A stretch of 64,000 nt of DNA from an uncultured delta proteobacterium (lineage in GTDB: Bacteria; Myxococcota_A; Polyangia; Fen-1088), in assembly GCA_963796685.1 (NCBI GenBank), contig CAWCMR010000022.1, forward strand, positions 64,001-128,000, in the 5' to 3' direction. Positions 30,585 to 44,122 of this stretch are shown piece after piece (positions within the stretch are counted from its first letter, which is position 1; the number at the start of each line of letters is the position of its first letter). The notes under the pieces were generated by a model. The model was not told the origin of the DNA, did not search any database, and was given only the letters and a program-made list of their open reading frames with translations. A program made the translations under genes and the position numbers.

Positions 30585-30804
30585 GGGGCCCTCCGATGGC
30601 TACGTTCTTCCCGACCGAAGAAGCCCCTTCTAGCACGATTGCGGCTCTCCGAGGAGAGCCCAAGGTCAAGGCGTCATGGCGAGACCGTGGTGGATTCGTG
30701 GCAGGAATGTGGTGGCAGGGCTGACCAGCGCGAGCATCGTTTGGGCGAGAGGAAATTGCTGGTGGGTCGACGCCGGGGACCGCCGGGCAGGATGGTAGGA
30801 GCAA

Positions 30805-31299
30805 ATGAGAATTCGACTTGTCTATCCGGATCCGAACCCTCGCGTTGGGTTGAGTGGGCGAAAGGTCGAGAGCGCCGCGCTCCAGCTCTTGGCGGCGATT
30901 ACCCCGGCTGAGCACGAGGTCTCCATCGTGCAAGAGCATTTGGGCGACCGCGTTTCCTTCGACGACGCGGATATCGACCTGGTGGGCATCACGGCCATGA
31001 CCATCCAGTCCCGTCGCGCCTACGAGATCGCGGACGGGTTCCGGCGCGCGGGCAAGACCGTGGTTCTGGGCGGAATCCACCCATCCGTGCTGCCCGACGA
31101 GGCGCTGGCGCACGCGGACGCCGTGGTGGTGGGCGAAGCCGAGCCGGTGTGGCCGCAGGTGCTCGCCGATGCGGCGAAGCATTCGCTGCGGGGCATCTAT
31201 CGCGGGCACCTGCCGGGCCCCAATTTGACCAACTTGACCAACCAGGGCTGGGATGTCAAAGTTAGCATCAAGGTCGAGGGAACATGCGCAAGGCTGTGA
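30805..31299 (+). pseudogene. Truncated B12-binding radical SAM protein (cobalamin-binding domain only)
   Basis: DLVGITAMT..RAYEIAD..VVLGGIHPS..DAVVVGEAE..IYRG, then the frame degenerates; no SRGC/CxxxCxxC motif follows. Confidence 0.75.
31223..31241. promoter_or_regulatory. Direct repeat TTGACCAAC x2 upstream of the antitoxin; likely TA operator
   Basis: ttgaccaac ttgaccaac ~45 bp before ATG 31284; GTCAAA downstream. Confidence 0.45.
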
Positions 31300-31523
31300 A
31301 TATCTACCAAGCCAAGAGCCAGCTGTCGGACATGGTAAGCCGGGCAGCCGACGGCGAGGAATTTGTCATTGCCAAGTCGGGAAAGCCACGTGCGCGCTTG
31401 GTACCCCTGGCCGCTCACCCGGTTCGCCGACGGCCAGGCGGTGGCAAGGGCAAGGTGTGGGTTGCGGATGACTTCGACGCGCCTTTGCCGGCCGATCTGG
31501 TTGCCGCCTTCGAGGGCCGCTAG
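31284..31523 (+). CDS. Phd/YefM family antitoxin
   Basis: VNIYQAKSQLS..GEEFVIAKSGKPRARLVP..DDFDAPLP. Confidence 0.92.
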   Translation: MRKAVNIYQAKSQLSDMVSRAADGEEFVIAKSGKPRARLVPLAAHPVRRRPGGGKGKVWVADDFDAPLPADLVAAFEGR

Positions 31524-31525
31524 CC

Positions 31526-31900
31526 TTGCGACTACTTCTCGATACGCATGCGTTCTTGTGGTGGTGGGCCGGGGACCGGAAAATTGGCGCCAAGGTCCGT
31601 GCCACGATCGGCGGCGCCGACACCGTGTTGGTGAGCGCGGTGTCGGCGTGGGAAATGACCATCAAGATGTCTCTCGGCAAACTGCGTTTTGATGGCGGCA
31701 TTGCCGATGCCGCGGAAGCTTGTGGCTTCAAGCGCCTTGACATGCAATTCGAACACGCCGAGGCCGTTCGCAGTTTGCCTTCTCACCACAGCGATCCTTT
31801 CGACCGAATGCTGATCGCACAAGCCATCGTCGAAGGCGCGACCTTCGTCACCCACGACCGTGCCATCGCGAACTACCTCATTCCTACTTTGTGGATCTAG
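31526..31900 (+). CDS. vapC: VapC family PIN-domain toxin
   Basis: LLLDTHAFLWW, VSAVSAWE, HHSDPFDRMLIAQA, VTHD. Confidence 0.92.
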   Translation: MRLLLDTHAFLWWWAGDRKIGAKVRATIGGADTVLVSAVSAWEMTIKMSLGKLRFDGGIADAAEACGFKRLDMQFEHAEAVRSLPSHHSDPFDRMLIAQAIVEGATFVTHDRAIANYLIPTLWI

Positions 31901-31953
31901 TTTCGATAAGGACGACATCAGACCGAGGACATCCTCAAGAAGATCCTTGGTCC

Positions 31954-34900
31954 TCAATCCGAGCAAGGAATCAGCACCTCCACGGCATGCTCTTGGCGAT
32001 CATCCGTCAAGGGAATCACGGGATCGGGTTGCGCAACGCCGTCGAGGGTCACCCTCATGCCGCGGCTGACGACCGAGCGCGTGACTCGAAGGTGGTACAC
32101 GGTTTCGCGATACCGGTAGTGGACCCTGAAGGTTTGCCAGCTCGCGGGAAGACAGGGGGCAAGGTGCAGCTTGTCGACCTCTAGCCGCAGGCCAAGCAAG
32201 GATTCCACCATGAGTCGGTAGAGCCAGCCAGCCGAACCGGTGTACCACGACCAGCCACCCCGGCCGATGTGCGGCGCCACGGCGTAAACGTCGGCAGCGA
32301 CGACGTAGGGCTCCACCTTGTAGGTCGCGATCGCCTCGGGAGAGGTACCGTGGTTCACGGGATTGATCATGGCCAGCAGCTCCCAGGCGCGCTTGGCGTC
32401 GCCCAGGGCCGCAAAGGCCATCGCCGCCCAAATCGCCGCGTGCGTATACTGACCGCCATTTTCGCGCACGCCGGGAACGTAACCTTTGATGTAGCCCGGA
32501 TCCAAGGTCGACTTGTCGAAGGGGGGATCGAGCAATTGGACGAGCGCGTGGTCGCGCCGAACCAGTCGCTGGTCGAGCGCGTCCATGGCCAGGCGGGACC
32601 TTGCGATGTCGCCGGCCCCGGACAGCACGGACCAGCTCTGCGCGATGGAATCGATCTGGCACTCGGGGCTGCTTGCCGACCCGAGCGCCGAGCCGTCGTC
32701 GAAGTAGGCGCGCCGGTACCACTCGCCATCCCAGCCGCTCTCCTCGATGCTTTGCCGCAGCTTGGCAGCTTCGGTCTGGCAGCGCTCGGCAAAGGGCACG
32801 TCGCCGCGCAGCCGGGCCAGCTTGGTGAAGCGTTCGAGCACGTCGCAGAGGAAGAAGCCGAGCCACACGCTTTCGCCCTTGCCTTGCACGCCCACGCGGT
32901 TCATGCCGTCGTTCCAGTCGCCCGAGCCCATCAGGGGCAGGCCGTGCTCGCCGAAGCGAAGCCCGTGCAGGATGGCGCGGGTGCAGTGCGCGTACAGCGT
33001 GTCTGCTTCAGCCGAGCGCCGGGGCAGGTCGTAGTACGAGTCCTCTTCCGCGCCAACGGGGCGACCCTCGAGAAAGGGAACCACCTCGTCGAGCACGCCG
33101 GTGTCTCCGGTGCCGAAAACGTAGCGGCAGGCGGCCAGCGGCAGCCAAAGGAAGTCGTCCGAGCAGTGGGTGCGCACGCCTCGGCCGAGGGGTGGATGCC
33201 ACCAATGCTGAACATCGCCCTCGTGGAACTGATGGGCCGCGCACAGGAGCAGTTGCTCGCGCAGCAGGCGCGGTTCGCAGTGAATGAGCGCCATCGCGTC
33301 TTGCAACTGGTCGCGGAAACCGAAGGCGCCTCCCGATTGGTAGGATCCGCTGCGCGCCCACAGCCGGCACGCCAGGGTTTGGTATAAAAGCCAGCCATTG
33401 GCCAGCACGTCGAAGGTGGGGTCAGGGGTTTCCACCTGGACCGCGCCGAGAGTGTGGTTCCAGTACTGCCAAACCGCCTCCAGGGCGGTGCGCGCCGCCT
33501 GCGGGCCACGATGGCGGTGCACCAGGCTGGCGGCGTCGTCGATACCTCTTCCGACGCCGAGCCGGAAGACAATCTCGCGCTCTTGCCCCGGGTAAAGCTC
33601 GATGGGGACCTGGATGGCGGCGCAGGGATCCAAGGTGGCCCCGAGCTTGCCGGACAGTCGTTCGCGCATCATGGCCGCGGGACTTTGCATGGTTCCGTTG
33701 CGTCCCAGAAACTCGGTTCGATCGCCGGTCACGCTTCCCGTCCTGTCGTCGGTGTCCAGGAAGGCGACGCGGTCGGAGAACTCCATGCTGTAGGGGTTGC
33801 GCGCGAAGAGCGCCCCCGTCCCGGGGTCGGCCTCGACCAAGATATGGGGGGCTGTCTTCGCCCGCTCGTCCCCCAGCACCCATTCCACGTAGGCCGTGGC
33901 CGACAGTTTCCGGTGTCGGCCAGAGTCGTTGCGCACCTTGAGCACGGAGAACTTCAGCGGCGCATCCACGTCGACATAAATGCTCAGCTCGGTGTGAATG
34001 CCGGCCTGGTTGTGCTCGAAGACGCTGTAGCCGAAACCGTGGCGGGTGATGGTGGGCTGGTCGGTGGTGCCTTGGCCGGGAAGCAAGGTGGGGGACCAGA
34101 ACTGGCCGCTCTCCTCGTCGCGCAAGTAGACGGCCTCCCCGCTGGTATCGCCGACGGGGTCGTTGTTCCAAGGCGTAAGGCGAAACTCGTGCGCGTTCTC
34201 GGCCCAGGTGTAGGCCGAGCCGCTCTCCGACAGCACGGTGCCGAAGCGTGGGTTGGCCAGCACGTTGGACCAAGGCGCCGGGGTGACCAGCCCCGGCCGG
34301 GTGGTGATGATGTATTCGCGTCCATCGGGCGTGAAGCCACCCAGTCCATTCCACAGGATAAGGTCGGTGCGAGGTCCTGCGGTGGCCGCGAAGTCCGCCG
34401 CGGGTCTTGCACGCTGGCCCCGGACGGCGAGCGGTGGTGGGTAGATTCGGATGCTCTGACTGCGCCGTCCCAGCTGGTCGGCCAGATCTCCCTGCACGTC
34501 GCTCAGCACGACGCGCGCCACGGTCTCTACCAGGATGCGATCCTCCTCGGCGATCTGGTCGGCCGGCCGCACGAAAATGCCGCCGGGTCGATCGGTCTCG
34601 TTGCTCTCTCCACCCTCGGCGATGAGCGCCATGATCTGATCGCTCAGGACTTGCCGGTAGCCGGAGTGATCCTCGTTCCAGATCACGAGGTCCACCTTCA
34701 ATCCACGCCGCCGCCAATAGGCGTGGGCCTGAACCAGCTGGCGAACCAACCCGGTGCTCGTCAATTCCCGTATCTTCAGCAAGACGATGGGCAGATCGCC
34801 GGAGATCGAATACCCCCACAGGCCGGACTGGCCGCGACGGTTGTTCTTGACCACGCTGGGGGCGGCCCGGAGCGCGGCGTTGGCATAAAGGACGGCGCCG

Positions 34901-37900
34901 GCCAGCCCGCTGTACAGTTGCGCTTCGGCTTCGCTGGCGTTGATCTGTTGCAACGCCACCCGGCTGTGGGTCCAGGCCAGATCGAACACGCGGCTCGCCA
35001 GGCGGCGGTCTTGATACTTGTCGACCAGCCCCAAGCAACCCTCGCGTGTCTCGGCCACGCCGGTCACGATGTCGACCGTTGCGGACGCGTTCGGTTCAAG
35101 CGTGATGCGTTGGCGGATGGCGACGATGGGATCGAGCACCGAGCCTTGGCTGTCGGACAGCGTCGCGCCGGTGGTCATGGCCTGTGGATCCGCGACGGTG
35201 CGACCACGCCCGAGGAAGCGCGAGCGATCGGTCTCGTACGAGCTCTCTCCCGCCGTGGCTCCGTGCACGGCCATGAGATGGAACATCCATGGCGACGCCT
35301 CACCCGCCGAGCGCGGACGGCGCGTGCACAGGATGGCGTCCTTTTGCCGCAAGAGCTCGGTCTGCACGAACAGATTGCTGAACCCCGGATGTTGCGCGTC
35401 CGCGGCCGGCGAGGCCAGCACGACCTCGGCGTAACTGGTGACATCGATGGTCCTGCGCTTGCGGGCGCGGTTGGTGATGGTCACGCGGCGGAGCTCGATG
35501 TCATCCTCGGGCGAAACCGCAATCTCCGTGTGGGTGTCGAGATCGTGCTTGCGGCAACGAAACTCCGCCCGGGATTCGGAAAAGATCGCCTCGTAGCTCT
35601 CGCAGCGCTGGGTCGCCGGTTGGTAGGCGGTCGACCAGAAGGTCCTGCTGGCGCTGTCGCGCACGTAGCAGAAGGTGCCCCAGTGATCGCGGGTGCTGTC
35701 TTCGCGCCAGCGCGTGATGGCGAGATCCTTCCAGCGGCTATAGCCACCACCGGCGTTGGTGAGCATTACGTGGTAGCGGCCGTTCGACAAGAGCTGCACT
35801 TCGGGCGAAGGCGTGTGGGGCGTGTCGAAGACCCGCACCGGCGTCTCGGTGAAGGCGGTGGCGGTACGCGACTGGGCAAGCTCGGACGTGTGCAGATAGG
35901 GAGCCACGGGTTTGGGAATGCGCTCCTGCAGGAGCAGCGTCGTGGCTTGAAACGTCCGGTCCGCCGCGAATCGCTTTTGCATCGGGTGGTCCAGCAGAAG
36001 GTGGGCCAGCGCCAGCAAGCCCATCCCTTGGTGGTGGACCATGAACGATTGAACCAGGGCGCTGGTCTGACCGGGCGGCAAACGCGATGGCGTGTAGTCG
36101 ATGGCCTCGAAGAACCCATAGCGCCCCTCGCACCCCGCGGCGGCAAGGCGGCGCAGATTCGCGCAGGCTTCCTCGGGTGCCACCATCAGCGCCAGCAACG
36201 AAGCATAGGGCGCCACCACCAGATCCTCGGCGAGCCCACGCCTGAGCCCCAGGCCGGGAACGCCGAACGCGCGGTACTGGTAGTTGAGATGCGCGTCCAC
36301 CAGGTTGTAGCCCGATTCCGACATGCCCCACGGCACGCCCCGCTGATGCCCGTACGCGATCTGTCGCTCGACCACCGCCCGGCACGTCTGGTCGAGCAGG
36401 GTGCCTTCGTAGGTCGGCATCACCAGCATCGGCATCAGGTACTCGAACATCGACCCGCTCCAAGACAGCAGGATGGGTTTGCCGCCTTCGCTGGTCAGAC
36501 GGCGTCCCAAGGCAAACCAACTTTCTTGCGAGAGTCGTCCCTGCGCGATGGCCACGAACGTGGCAAGCCTGGCTTCGGAGGCGAGGAGGTCGTAGTAGCT
36601 CGCATCGCGCCGACAATCGTCCACGTTGTACCCTATGGCCAGCAGGTGGCGGGTGCGGTCGAAGAGAAAATCGTACTCGACGCACGCGAGGTCGCCAGCG
36701 GCGAGGGCGAGGCGCTGCACGGCCGCGATTCTCTTCTTGGCGCGCCGACGACACTCGTCGATGAGGCCCGGTCGTTCGCCCTCCGCGCGCGGAGTCGCGC
36801 CGTCCGGTGACGATGGCGTCACGGCCTCGGCGAGCTCGCGAAGGGTCGGGATCCGGCGGTGGCCGACAAACCCTTCCAAACCCGAGCTCGCCTCCGGCAA
36901 CGAGGCCCAGGAGGCGATGAAGGCGAGATCGGCGGTCGCATCTCTACACTGCCGGACCAGCGCCATGGCCCACACCCTGGCTTGGTCCTCGGGGCCGGTT
37001 GCAAGCCGCGCGGCAAGCGCCTCGGCCGCCTTGGTGACCGTTTCGACCGCTTTGCGCACGGCTACGAGCGTGCCCGGTGGAACGTGCGTGGCAGCGGTCA
37101 AGGCGTTCTCGACGGCGGCGATCTCGCCGAGGCGGCGGTCTTGCAAGGCGTCGACGATCAGCAACAGCGTGTCTTGCATGCCGGCGAACAGACGTGGCCC
37201 GGCGATCTTCTCGTCGACGAGCGCGAGCAATCCCTGGCGCAAGGTCAGGAGGTGTCCGGCGAGGTTGCCGCTGTCGACGCTGGAGATGTAGTGCGGGCGC
37301 AGCGGTGCGAGCGACTGGGTGTCGTACCAATTGTAGAAATGGCCGCGATGGCGTTCCAGGGCCTTCAGGGTGTGCATGGCATTGGCCGTGCGCTCGATGA
37401 GTCGCCCGGTCGAGATGAAGCCGAAGTCGTGGGCGGTCAGGTTGGCGAGCAGGGACAGTCCCATGTTGGTCGGTGACGTGCGATGGGCGATGACGGTCGT
37501 CGGATGCTCTTGCACGTTGTCGGGCGGCAGCCAGTGATCCTTCGGACCGACGAAGGTCTCGAAGAAGTCCCAGGTCTTGCGAGCCGCTCTGCGCAGAAAG
37601 CGCGTGTCGGCATCGGTCAACTTGGCAGGGTGGCGAGGGACGGCCCGGCCGAGCCACCACGCCACGGCCGGCCCGGCAAACCACAGCGCCAGGAAGGGCG
37701 CGGCGACGACCAGTGCGTGCGGGTGAAAACGCGCGAGATAGATCGACGTCAGCAGAGACAGAACGGGCCCAATCCACATGGCACGAAGGCACGTCGCGAG
37801 ACCGGATCCGGCCCGATGTCTCGGATCGCTTGGGTTCCATTCCAAGAGCCGCCGATGGCTGATGAGGACTCGGAATACCGTGCGCGCGATGGCCACGAAG

Positions 37901-40644
37901 CTGAACAGCGCCTCGTACGGCAGGCAGGCCAGTGAAAAGAACGCCTGCGCAAAACGGACCGCGGCCGAGCGACCCGCCCCGGTCAGGTGCTGGACCAGCA
38001 GCACGTCCGCTGGCTTGCGCACGGTATCGACGAGGGACGCGACCATGGGTAAGCTCAGAAAGGTACCCAGTACCGACAGCGTCCAGAGCCAGGGCTGGAA
38101 TGGGGCTATCCAGCCCAGCAGCAACAACAGCAGCGAGGCAATCGGAACCAAGCTGCGGCGAAGGTTGTCGAAGATCTTCCAGCGTGACAGGCGTGACAGC
38201 GGATTCTTCTGCCAACCCCGGTGCGGGACGCGAACCCATGGCAGGGTCCAGAACGCTATCTGCCAATCGCCTCGAATCCACCGCTCGCGGCGGAGCACAT
38301 CCGCCGCGTAGCGGGTGGGATACGCTTCATACAACTGGACGTCGGTGAGCAGCCCCGAGCGCGCGTAACAACCCTCGACCAGATCGTGGCTGAGGATGCG
38401 ATCTTCGGGAAACCGTCCTGACAGTGCGCGCTCGAAGGCGTCGACATCGTAGATCCCCTTGCCGATGAACGAGCCTTCTTGGAAGAGATCCTGGTAGACG
38501 TCGGAGACGGCGCGCGTGTAGGGGTCGACCCCCGGTTCGCTGCCCCAGAGCTGGGCGTAGCGGGACCGGATCCCCGACAGGCTCTCGGCCATGCGTGGCT
38601 GAAGAATCCCGTAGCCCGCATCGACGCGTTGGGTGCGTTCGTCGAAGGTCGCCCGATTGAGCGGGTGGGCCATGGCTCCGACGAGCTCGCGGGCGGCGTC
38701 GCGCGGTAGCTGCGTGTCGGTGTCGAGGGTGATGACGTACTTGACGTGCGAGAGCTCGGCGCTGTTGCCGACGACCAGCGAGAAGTCGCCCTGGGCATTC
38801 CCGTGGCGAAGAAAGGCGTTCAGCGCTCCCAGCTTGCCGCGCTTTCGCTCGTAGCCCATCCAGGTGCGTTCGCGGGGATTGAAGCGGCGCGGACGATGGA
38901 ACAGAAGAAAAGGGCTGCCGCCCGGGCCGCCGTGGCCGAGGTACTTGCCGTTGAGCTCCTCGATCCCGCTCTTGGCCAGCGATATCAAGGCGTCGTCCTC
39001 GGGCAAGGTTTCCTCGGGGGCATCCAGCAGATCGGTCAGCAGGGCAAAGTGGAGATTTGCGTCCTGGTTGGCAAGGTATCGAACCTCCAGCCCTTCGAGG
39101 AGATCCGCGATGCCCGCGGCGCTTCCGAGCATGGTCGGAATCACGACCAGGGTGCGCGACTCGGATGGAATTCCGTCCGAGAAGTCCAGGCGCGGCAGCA
39201 GGCGTGGTCTGGCCAGCAGGGTCGTCGTCCAGTCCACCAGGGCCACGGCGAGCTGGCTCGCGCACAGCAGGGCGAGGATCCCGGTCAGCGCGAGAAGCCA
39301 GGGCGGGCCCGCGTCGGCCCGGGCCTTGGCCACGAGCGCACCGGAGCCGAGGCCGGCCAGCAGGACAATGCACGTCCAATAGACGAAGAACGGGAATCGG
39401 CCGCCCGGTCCGCGCAAGACTCCCGCGGTCGAACCGCGCATGTGTGCCGCACGTTCGAGCAAGGGCAAGCCCTGGTCGATGAGATAGAAGCCGACGTGGC
39501 GCGTGCGTTCGTGTGCGGCGCCGCTCGTCGGTTCCGCCTCGGCAAGAAGGATCGCCTGCCGGGCCACCTCGCCTTCCATGAGCGCGCTGCGCTTGGCGAT
39601 GGTCTCGACCACGCGGCGGTAGCGGTCGCGCGTGGCGAACTCCATTTCACCGTAGGCGCCGGCCGGATCCTCGCGCAAGGTTCGCTCGACCGCGCTCAGG
39701 CTCTCGACGAACTTGCGCCAGTCGGTCGCCCCCAGGGTGCGCAGGCTGCCGATGCTGTTGCTGATGGAAACTTGGTCGGCAGCCTGTTGCTGATTCTCCA
39801 TGTGGACCATCTGCTCGATGGACAGATTGGACTCGGAGAGCCGCTGCGCTATCCACGTGAGCGGGAGCGTGAGGCTCAGACCCTGCAGCCGGTGGGCCAG
39901 CTCGGCCACGAACGAGCTCACCATCGGCGGATTGGTGCGCGCCATGTCCGCGGTCACCAGGATGAGGCTCTTGGGATCCTCCAGGGCCACCTCGGCCATG
40001 CGCCCGGCCCACAAGGCGGCACGGTCGCGCTCGATGCGTGCGGAGACGACGCGCGTGCTCACCCGCCTGAGATTCTCGATGAGCGCCAGACGCAGCATGA
40101 TGGGGATGGCCCACAATTCGCCGAGCTTCAGCGTGGTCACCGACTGGTAAGCGGCCACGAATCCATCCAGGCTCTCGGGATCCACGCGTCCGTCGCCGTG
40201 CGCGATCGCCTCCAGGGCGATGTCGTACACGCGCGGAAGGCCTGCCGAGGGTCCGCTTTGCAGACGGGGCAGCTCCCGGCTGTAGCCCCTCGGCAGGTGT
40301 CGCCGGGCGGTGCGAATCTGTTCTTCGACCAGATAGAAATTGTCGAGCAGCCATTCCCCTGCCGGCACGATGCGACGATTGTCCGCCAGCGTCTCGGTGA
40401 GGAGCCTGCAGGCCTCGATCAGGATCTGCTCATTGTCGGCAAGCCGCGAGAGCAGGCGATCGGGGGCCCAACGCCGCGCCAGCTCGTGTGCCGCCGCAAG
40501 GGTCCTTCCGTGCTGCTTCATCTGCTCGGCGCTGAGCAGCTCGGCGCGCAGGGGCGGCTCATGGGCCGCGTTGCCACTCGTTAAAACGCTGCCGCGCAGG
40601 CGCGCCATCCACGCGATCAAGGTCTTCCCGATCGATCGGGGCAT
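31954..40644 (-). CDS. ndvB: Cyclic beta-1,2-glucan synthase (ChvB/NdvB/Cgs; GT84 plus glucoamylase-like plus GH94)
   Basis: ~2900 aa; [94 protein letters not shown]. Confidence 0.93.
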   Translation of the reverse strand: MPRSIGKTLIAWMARLRGSVLTSGNAAHEPPLRAELLSAEQMKQHGRTLAAAHELARRWAPDRLLSRLADNEQILIEACRLLTETLADNRRIVPAGEWLLDNFYLVEEQIRTARRHLPRGYSRELPRLQSGPSAGLPRVYDIALEAIAHGDGRVDPESLDGFVAAYQSVTTLKLGELWAIPIMLRLALIENLRRVSTRVVSARIERDRAALWAGRMAEVALEDPKSLILVTADMARTNPPMVSSFVAELAHRLQGLSLTLPLTWIAQRLSESNLSIEQMVHMENQQQAADQVSISNSIGSLRTLGATDWRKFVESLSAVERTLREDPAGAYGEMEFATRDRYRRVVETIAKRSALMEGEVARQAILLAEAEPTSGAAHERTRHVGFYLIDQGLPLLERAAHMRGSTAGVLRGPGGRFPFFVYWTCIVLLAGLGSGALVAKARADAGPPWLLALTGILALLCASQLAVALVDWTTTLLARPRLLPRLDFSDGIPSESRTLVVIPTMLGSAAGIADLLEGLEVRYLANQDANLHFALLTDLLDAPEETLPEDDALISLAKSGIEELNGKYLGHGGPGGSPFLLFHRPRRFNPRERTWMGYERKRGKLGALNAFLRHGNAQGDFSLVVGNSAELSHVKYVITLDTDTQLPRDAARELVGAMAHPLNRATFDERTQRVDAGYGILQPRMAESLSGIRSRYAQLWGSEPGVDPYTRAVSDVYQDLFQEGSFIGKGIYDVDAFERALSGRFPEDRILSHDLVEGCYARSGLLTDVQLYEAYPTRYAADVLRRERWIRGDWQIAFWTLPWVRVPHRGWQKNPLSRLSRWKIFDNLRRSLVPIASLLLLLLGWIAPFQPWLWTLSVLGTFLSLPMVASLVDTVRKPADVLLVQHLTGAGRSAAVRFAQAFFSLACLPYEALFSFVAIARTVFRVLISHRRLLEWNPSDPRHRAGSGLATCLRAMWIGPVLSLLTSIYLARFHPHALVVAAPFLALWFAGPAVAWWLGRAVPRHPAKLTDADTRFLRRAARKTWDFFETFVGPKDHWLPPDNVQEHPTTVIAHRTSPTNMGLSLLANLTAHDFGFISTGRLIERTANAMHTLKALERHRGHFYNWYDTQSLAPLRPHYISSVDSGNLAGHLLTLRQGLLALVDEKIAGPRLFAGMQDTLLLIVDALQDRRLGEIAAVENALTAATHVPPGTLVAVRKAVETVTKAAEALAARLATGPEDQARVWAMALVRQCRDATADLAFIASWASLPEASSGLEGFVGHRRIPTLRELAEAVTPSSPDGATPRAEGERPGLIDECRRRAKKRIAAVQRLALAAGDLACVEYDFLFDRTRHLLAIGYNVDDCRRDASYYDLLASEARLATFVAIAQGRLSQESWFALGRRLTSEGGKPILLSWSGSMFEYLMPMLVMPTYEGTLLDQTCRAVVERQIAYGHQRGVPWGMSESGYNLVDAHLNYQYRAFGVPGLGLRRGLAEDLVVAPYASLLALMVAPEEACANLRRLAAAGCEGRYGFFEAIDYTPSRLPPGQTSALVQSFMVHHQGMGLLALAHLLLDHPMQKRFAADRTFQATTLLLQERIPKPVAPYLHTSELAQSRTATAFTETPVRVFDTPHTPSPEVQLLSNGRYHVMLTNAGGGYSRWKDLAITRWREDSTRDHWGTFCYVRDSASRTFWSTAYQPATQRCESYEAIFSESRAEFRCRKHDLDTHTEIAVSPEDDIELRRVTITNRARKRRTIDVTSYAEVVLASPAADAQHPGFSNLFVQTELLRQKDAILCTRRPRSAGEASPWMFHLMAVHGATAGESSYETDRSRFLGRGRTVADPQAMTTGATLSDSQGSVLDPIVAIRQRITLEPNASATVDIVTGVAETREGCLGLVDKYQDRRLASRVFDLAWTHSRVALQQINASEAEAQLYSGLAGAVLYANAALRAAPSVVKNNRRGQSGLWGYSISGDLPIVLLKIRELTSTGLVRQLVQAHAYWRRRGLKVDLVIWNEDHSGYRQVLSDQIMALIAEGGESNETDRPGGIFVRPADQIAEEDRILVETVARVVLSDVQGDLADQLGRRSQSIRIYPPPLAVRGQRARPAADFAATAGPRTDLILWNGLGGFTPDGREYIITTRPGLVTPAPWSNVLANPRFGTVLSESGSAYTWAENAHEFRLTPWNNDPVGDTSGEAVYLRDEESGQFWSPTLLPGQGTTDQPTITRHGFGYSVFEHNQAGIHTELSIYVDVDAPLKFSVLKVRNDSGRHRKLSATAYVEWVLGDERAKTAPHILVEADPGTGALFARNPYSMEFSDRVAFLDTDDRTGSVTGDRTEFLGRNGTMQSPAAMMRERLSGKLGATLDPCAAIQVPIELYPGQEREIVFRLGVGRGIDDAASLVHRHRGPQAARTALEAVWQYWNHTLGAVQVETPDPTFDVLANGWLLYQTLACRLWARSGSYQSGGAFGFRDQLQDAMALIHCEPRLLREQLLLCAAHQFHEGDVQHWWHPPLGRGVRTHCSDDFLWLPLAACRYVFGTGDTGVLDEVVPFLEGRPVGAEEDSYYDLPRRSAEADTLYAHCTRAILHGLRFGEHGLPLMGSGDWNDGMNRVGVQGKGESVWLGFFLCDVLERFTKLARLRGDVPFAERCQTEAAKLRQSIEESGWDGEWYRRAYFDDGSALGSASSPECQIDSIAQSWSVLSGAGDIARSRLAMDALDQRLVRRDHALVQLLDPPFDKSTLDPGYIKGYVPGVRENGGQYTHAAIWAAMAFAALGDAKRAWELLAMINPVNHGTSPEAIATYKVEPYVVAADVYAVAPHIGRGGWSWYTGSAGWLYRLMVESLLGLRLEVDKLHLAPCLPASWQTFRVHYRYRETVYHLRVTRSVVSRGMRVTLDGVAQPDPVIPLTDDRQEHAVEVLIPCSD

Positions 40645-40692
40645 CGCTTGCACGTGCAGGTACGGCACGCTCCGGACGTGGTTGCCGGCCGA

Positions 40693-40971
40693 CTATTGCT
40701 TGAGGGCCTTGAATGCATTCTCGAGGTCGTGCCAGGCGGTCTCGACGCCACCCTTGAAGTTGTCCCATTTCTGGCCATTGGCGGCCCTGAACGCGGTCAG
40801 CTTGCTCTGCACCACGGCGTGCTTTTCCTTGATGTGATCGATCTGCTTGCGATAGTCGACCTTGACCTCGGTCCCGGCTTCGTCGGCCTTGAGCACCAAT
40901 CTGTCGAGCTTGGCGCCTAGCTGTCGCAGTCGCGTTTCGATCTTTCCTACCTCTTGTCCTACTGAATCCAT
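40693..40971 (-). CDS. Small coiled-coil stress protein (sll1863-like)
   Basis: KIETRLRQLGAKLD..KWDNFKGGVETAWHDLENAF; GGAG RBS. Confidence 0.8.
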   Translation of the reverse strand: MDSVGQEVGKIETRLRQLGAKLDRLVLKADEAGTEVKVDYRKQIDHIKEKHAVVQSKLTAFRAANGQKWDNFKGGVETAWHDLENAFKALKQ

Positions 40972-41003
40972 GGGGTCTCCTTGCAACGTTGCCCCAATGA
41001 CAA

Positions 41004-41118
41004 TGCAGCATTCGGGCCACGCCCCCACCTCCGTGACTTCAACCCCTTACGCGCGCGACGGCCGCGAAAGCACGAGTCATTTCCATCAGAATGATGGGAC
41101 GACTCATTCAATTCGACG
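41004..41118 (-). promoter_or_regulatory. Sigma54 promoter P1 with IHF-like box and enhancer pair
   Basis: TGGCCCGAATGCTGCA (41019-41004); TTCAACCCCTTA 41038; CCATCAGAATGATG 41083; CATTCAATTCGACG 41105. Confidence 0.8.
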
Positions 41119-41129
41119 GGCAGGGTGCG

Positions 41130-41922
41130 CTAGGCGAACGACGCGACCAAGACACGCGGTCCAGGCGACACGATAGCGGAGCTCTCGGAGACCACGGGAA
41201 GTGTGTCAGGCTTTGGCATGGGTTCACCGAGGTCGACGAGTAGGATCTCGGATTCGTCGCAGGCGGTCAGCGAGACCGCGCGTTCGGCCGTGACGCCAAC
41301 ACCATCGCCCGCGGTCAGAACGATGTCACCCAGGGTGATCTCGCCCTTTACGACGTGCAGCCAGGCGCTGCGCCCCTGGGAGAAGCTCGCGGACCACGTG
41401 TTGCCCGGGGTCGAGCAGGGCCGAGTAGACAAGGGCGTCCTGGTGAATGCGCAGCGACCCTCTGCGAGCGTCGGGCGAGGCAATGGCGCACAATCCGCCG
41501 CGACGCTGGGCGGTGGTGAAACGCCTTTGCTCACAGCCGGGCTCGAGGCCGATTGCGGACGGGCGCAACCAGATCTGGAAAAAGTGCGCCCAGTCGGACC
41601 GCGATGCATTGGTCTGGCTGTGGCGAAGGCGCTGGCCGGCGGTCACGCGCTGGAACTCGCCGGTTTGCAAGATGCCCGAGCCGCCGAGCGAGTTCTCGTA
41701 GGCGAGCGCGCCCTCGCGAACGTAGGTCAAGATCTCGATGTCTTGACCCAAGGTGCGAGGAACGCCGGCGCCTGGTGCGAGGCGCGACTCTTTGAGGATC
41801 TCGATGTTCCCCAAGCCATCGACGAGTCTATCCGCTGGATCCTTCGGGTCGAAGGTGAGCCAGGTTTCGAGCTTCCGGCTCTTGTCGTGGTGTCGTTCCG
41901 CGGCCCTGCGAAGGGTGATCAT
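41130..41922 (-). CDS. Pirin family protein with apparent +1 frameshift near 41380
   Basis: MITLRRAAERHH, EILTYVREGALAYENSLG, FFQIWL; the C-terminus GRSAWLHVVKGEITL..GDGVG..EILLVDL is in another frame. Confidence 0.85.
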
Positions 41923-41931
41923 CGCTCCGCC

Positions 41932-43575
<1,644 letters not shown>

Positions 43576-43866
43576 CTACTTGTCGAGAATCGCGAGGATG
43601 TCGTCCTCGCGCAGAATGATGTGGTCTTCGCCGTCGAGCTTCACTTCGGAGCCCGTGTATTTGCCGATCAGCACCTTGTCACCAACGTGGACCGAGAGCG
43701 CTTGCAGCTTGCCATTGTCGAGAATCTTGCCGTCGCCGACGGCGATGACCCGCGCTTCGAGCGGCTTCTCCTTGGCCGTGTCGGGAATGAACAAGCCACC
43801 GGCTGTCTGGTCTTCCTCGGCCAGTCGCTTGGCCAAGATGCGGTCATGGATCGGTCGGATCTTCAT
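43576..43866 (-). CDS. groS: Co-chaperonin GroES
   Basis: [39 protein letters not shown]; AAGGAG RBS. Confidence 0.97.
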   Translation of the reverse strand: MKIRPIHDRILAKRLAEEDQTAGGLFIPDTAKEKPLEARVIAVGDGKILDNGKLQALSVHVGDKVLIGKYTGSEVKLDGEDHIILREDDILAILDK

Positions 43867-43905
43867 GTGAATGCTCCTTCGAGACGTACCCAATCATCTG
43901 GGTAC

Positions 43906-44020
43906 AGCAGCTTTCGTGCCATGTGCGAAAAGCGCATGGGTTCGCCGTCCTTGAGTACGAGCGGCTCTCGCGCATGACTTTTCTCCATCAGGATGAAGTA
44001 CCTCTTCATTCAATCCGAAG
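43906..44020 (-). promoter_or_regulatory. Sigma54 promoter P2 (groESL) with enhancer pair
   Basis: TGGCACGAAAGCTGCT (43921-43906); CCATCAGGATGAAG 43985; CATTCAATCCGAAG 44007. Confidence 0.82.
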
Positions 44021-44071
44021 CAGGGCGAGCGGTGCTCCCCACATCTACCCACCCTGGACGTGTGTCGGATT

Positions 44072-44087
44072 TGGCGTATTCGTTGCA
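44072..44087 (+). promoter_or_regulatory. Divergent sigma54 promoter for the Omp85 gene
   Basis: TGGCGTATTCGTTGCA, GG-N10-GC. Confidence 0.65.
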
Positions 44088-44122
44088 AGCAGACTGCTGT
44101 CCTTGCAGAAAGAAACAGCCAC

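Noticed and set aside
33454-36810. 1118-aa plus-strand ORF
   Set aside because: Antisense to the glucan synthase; no motifs
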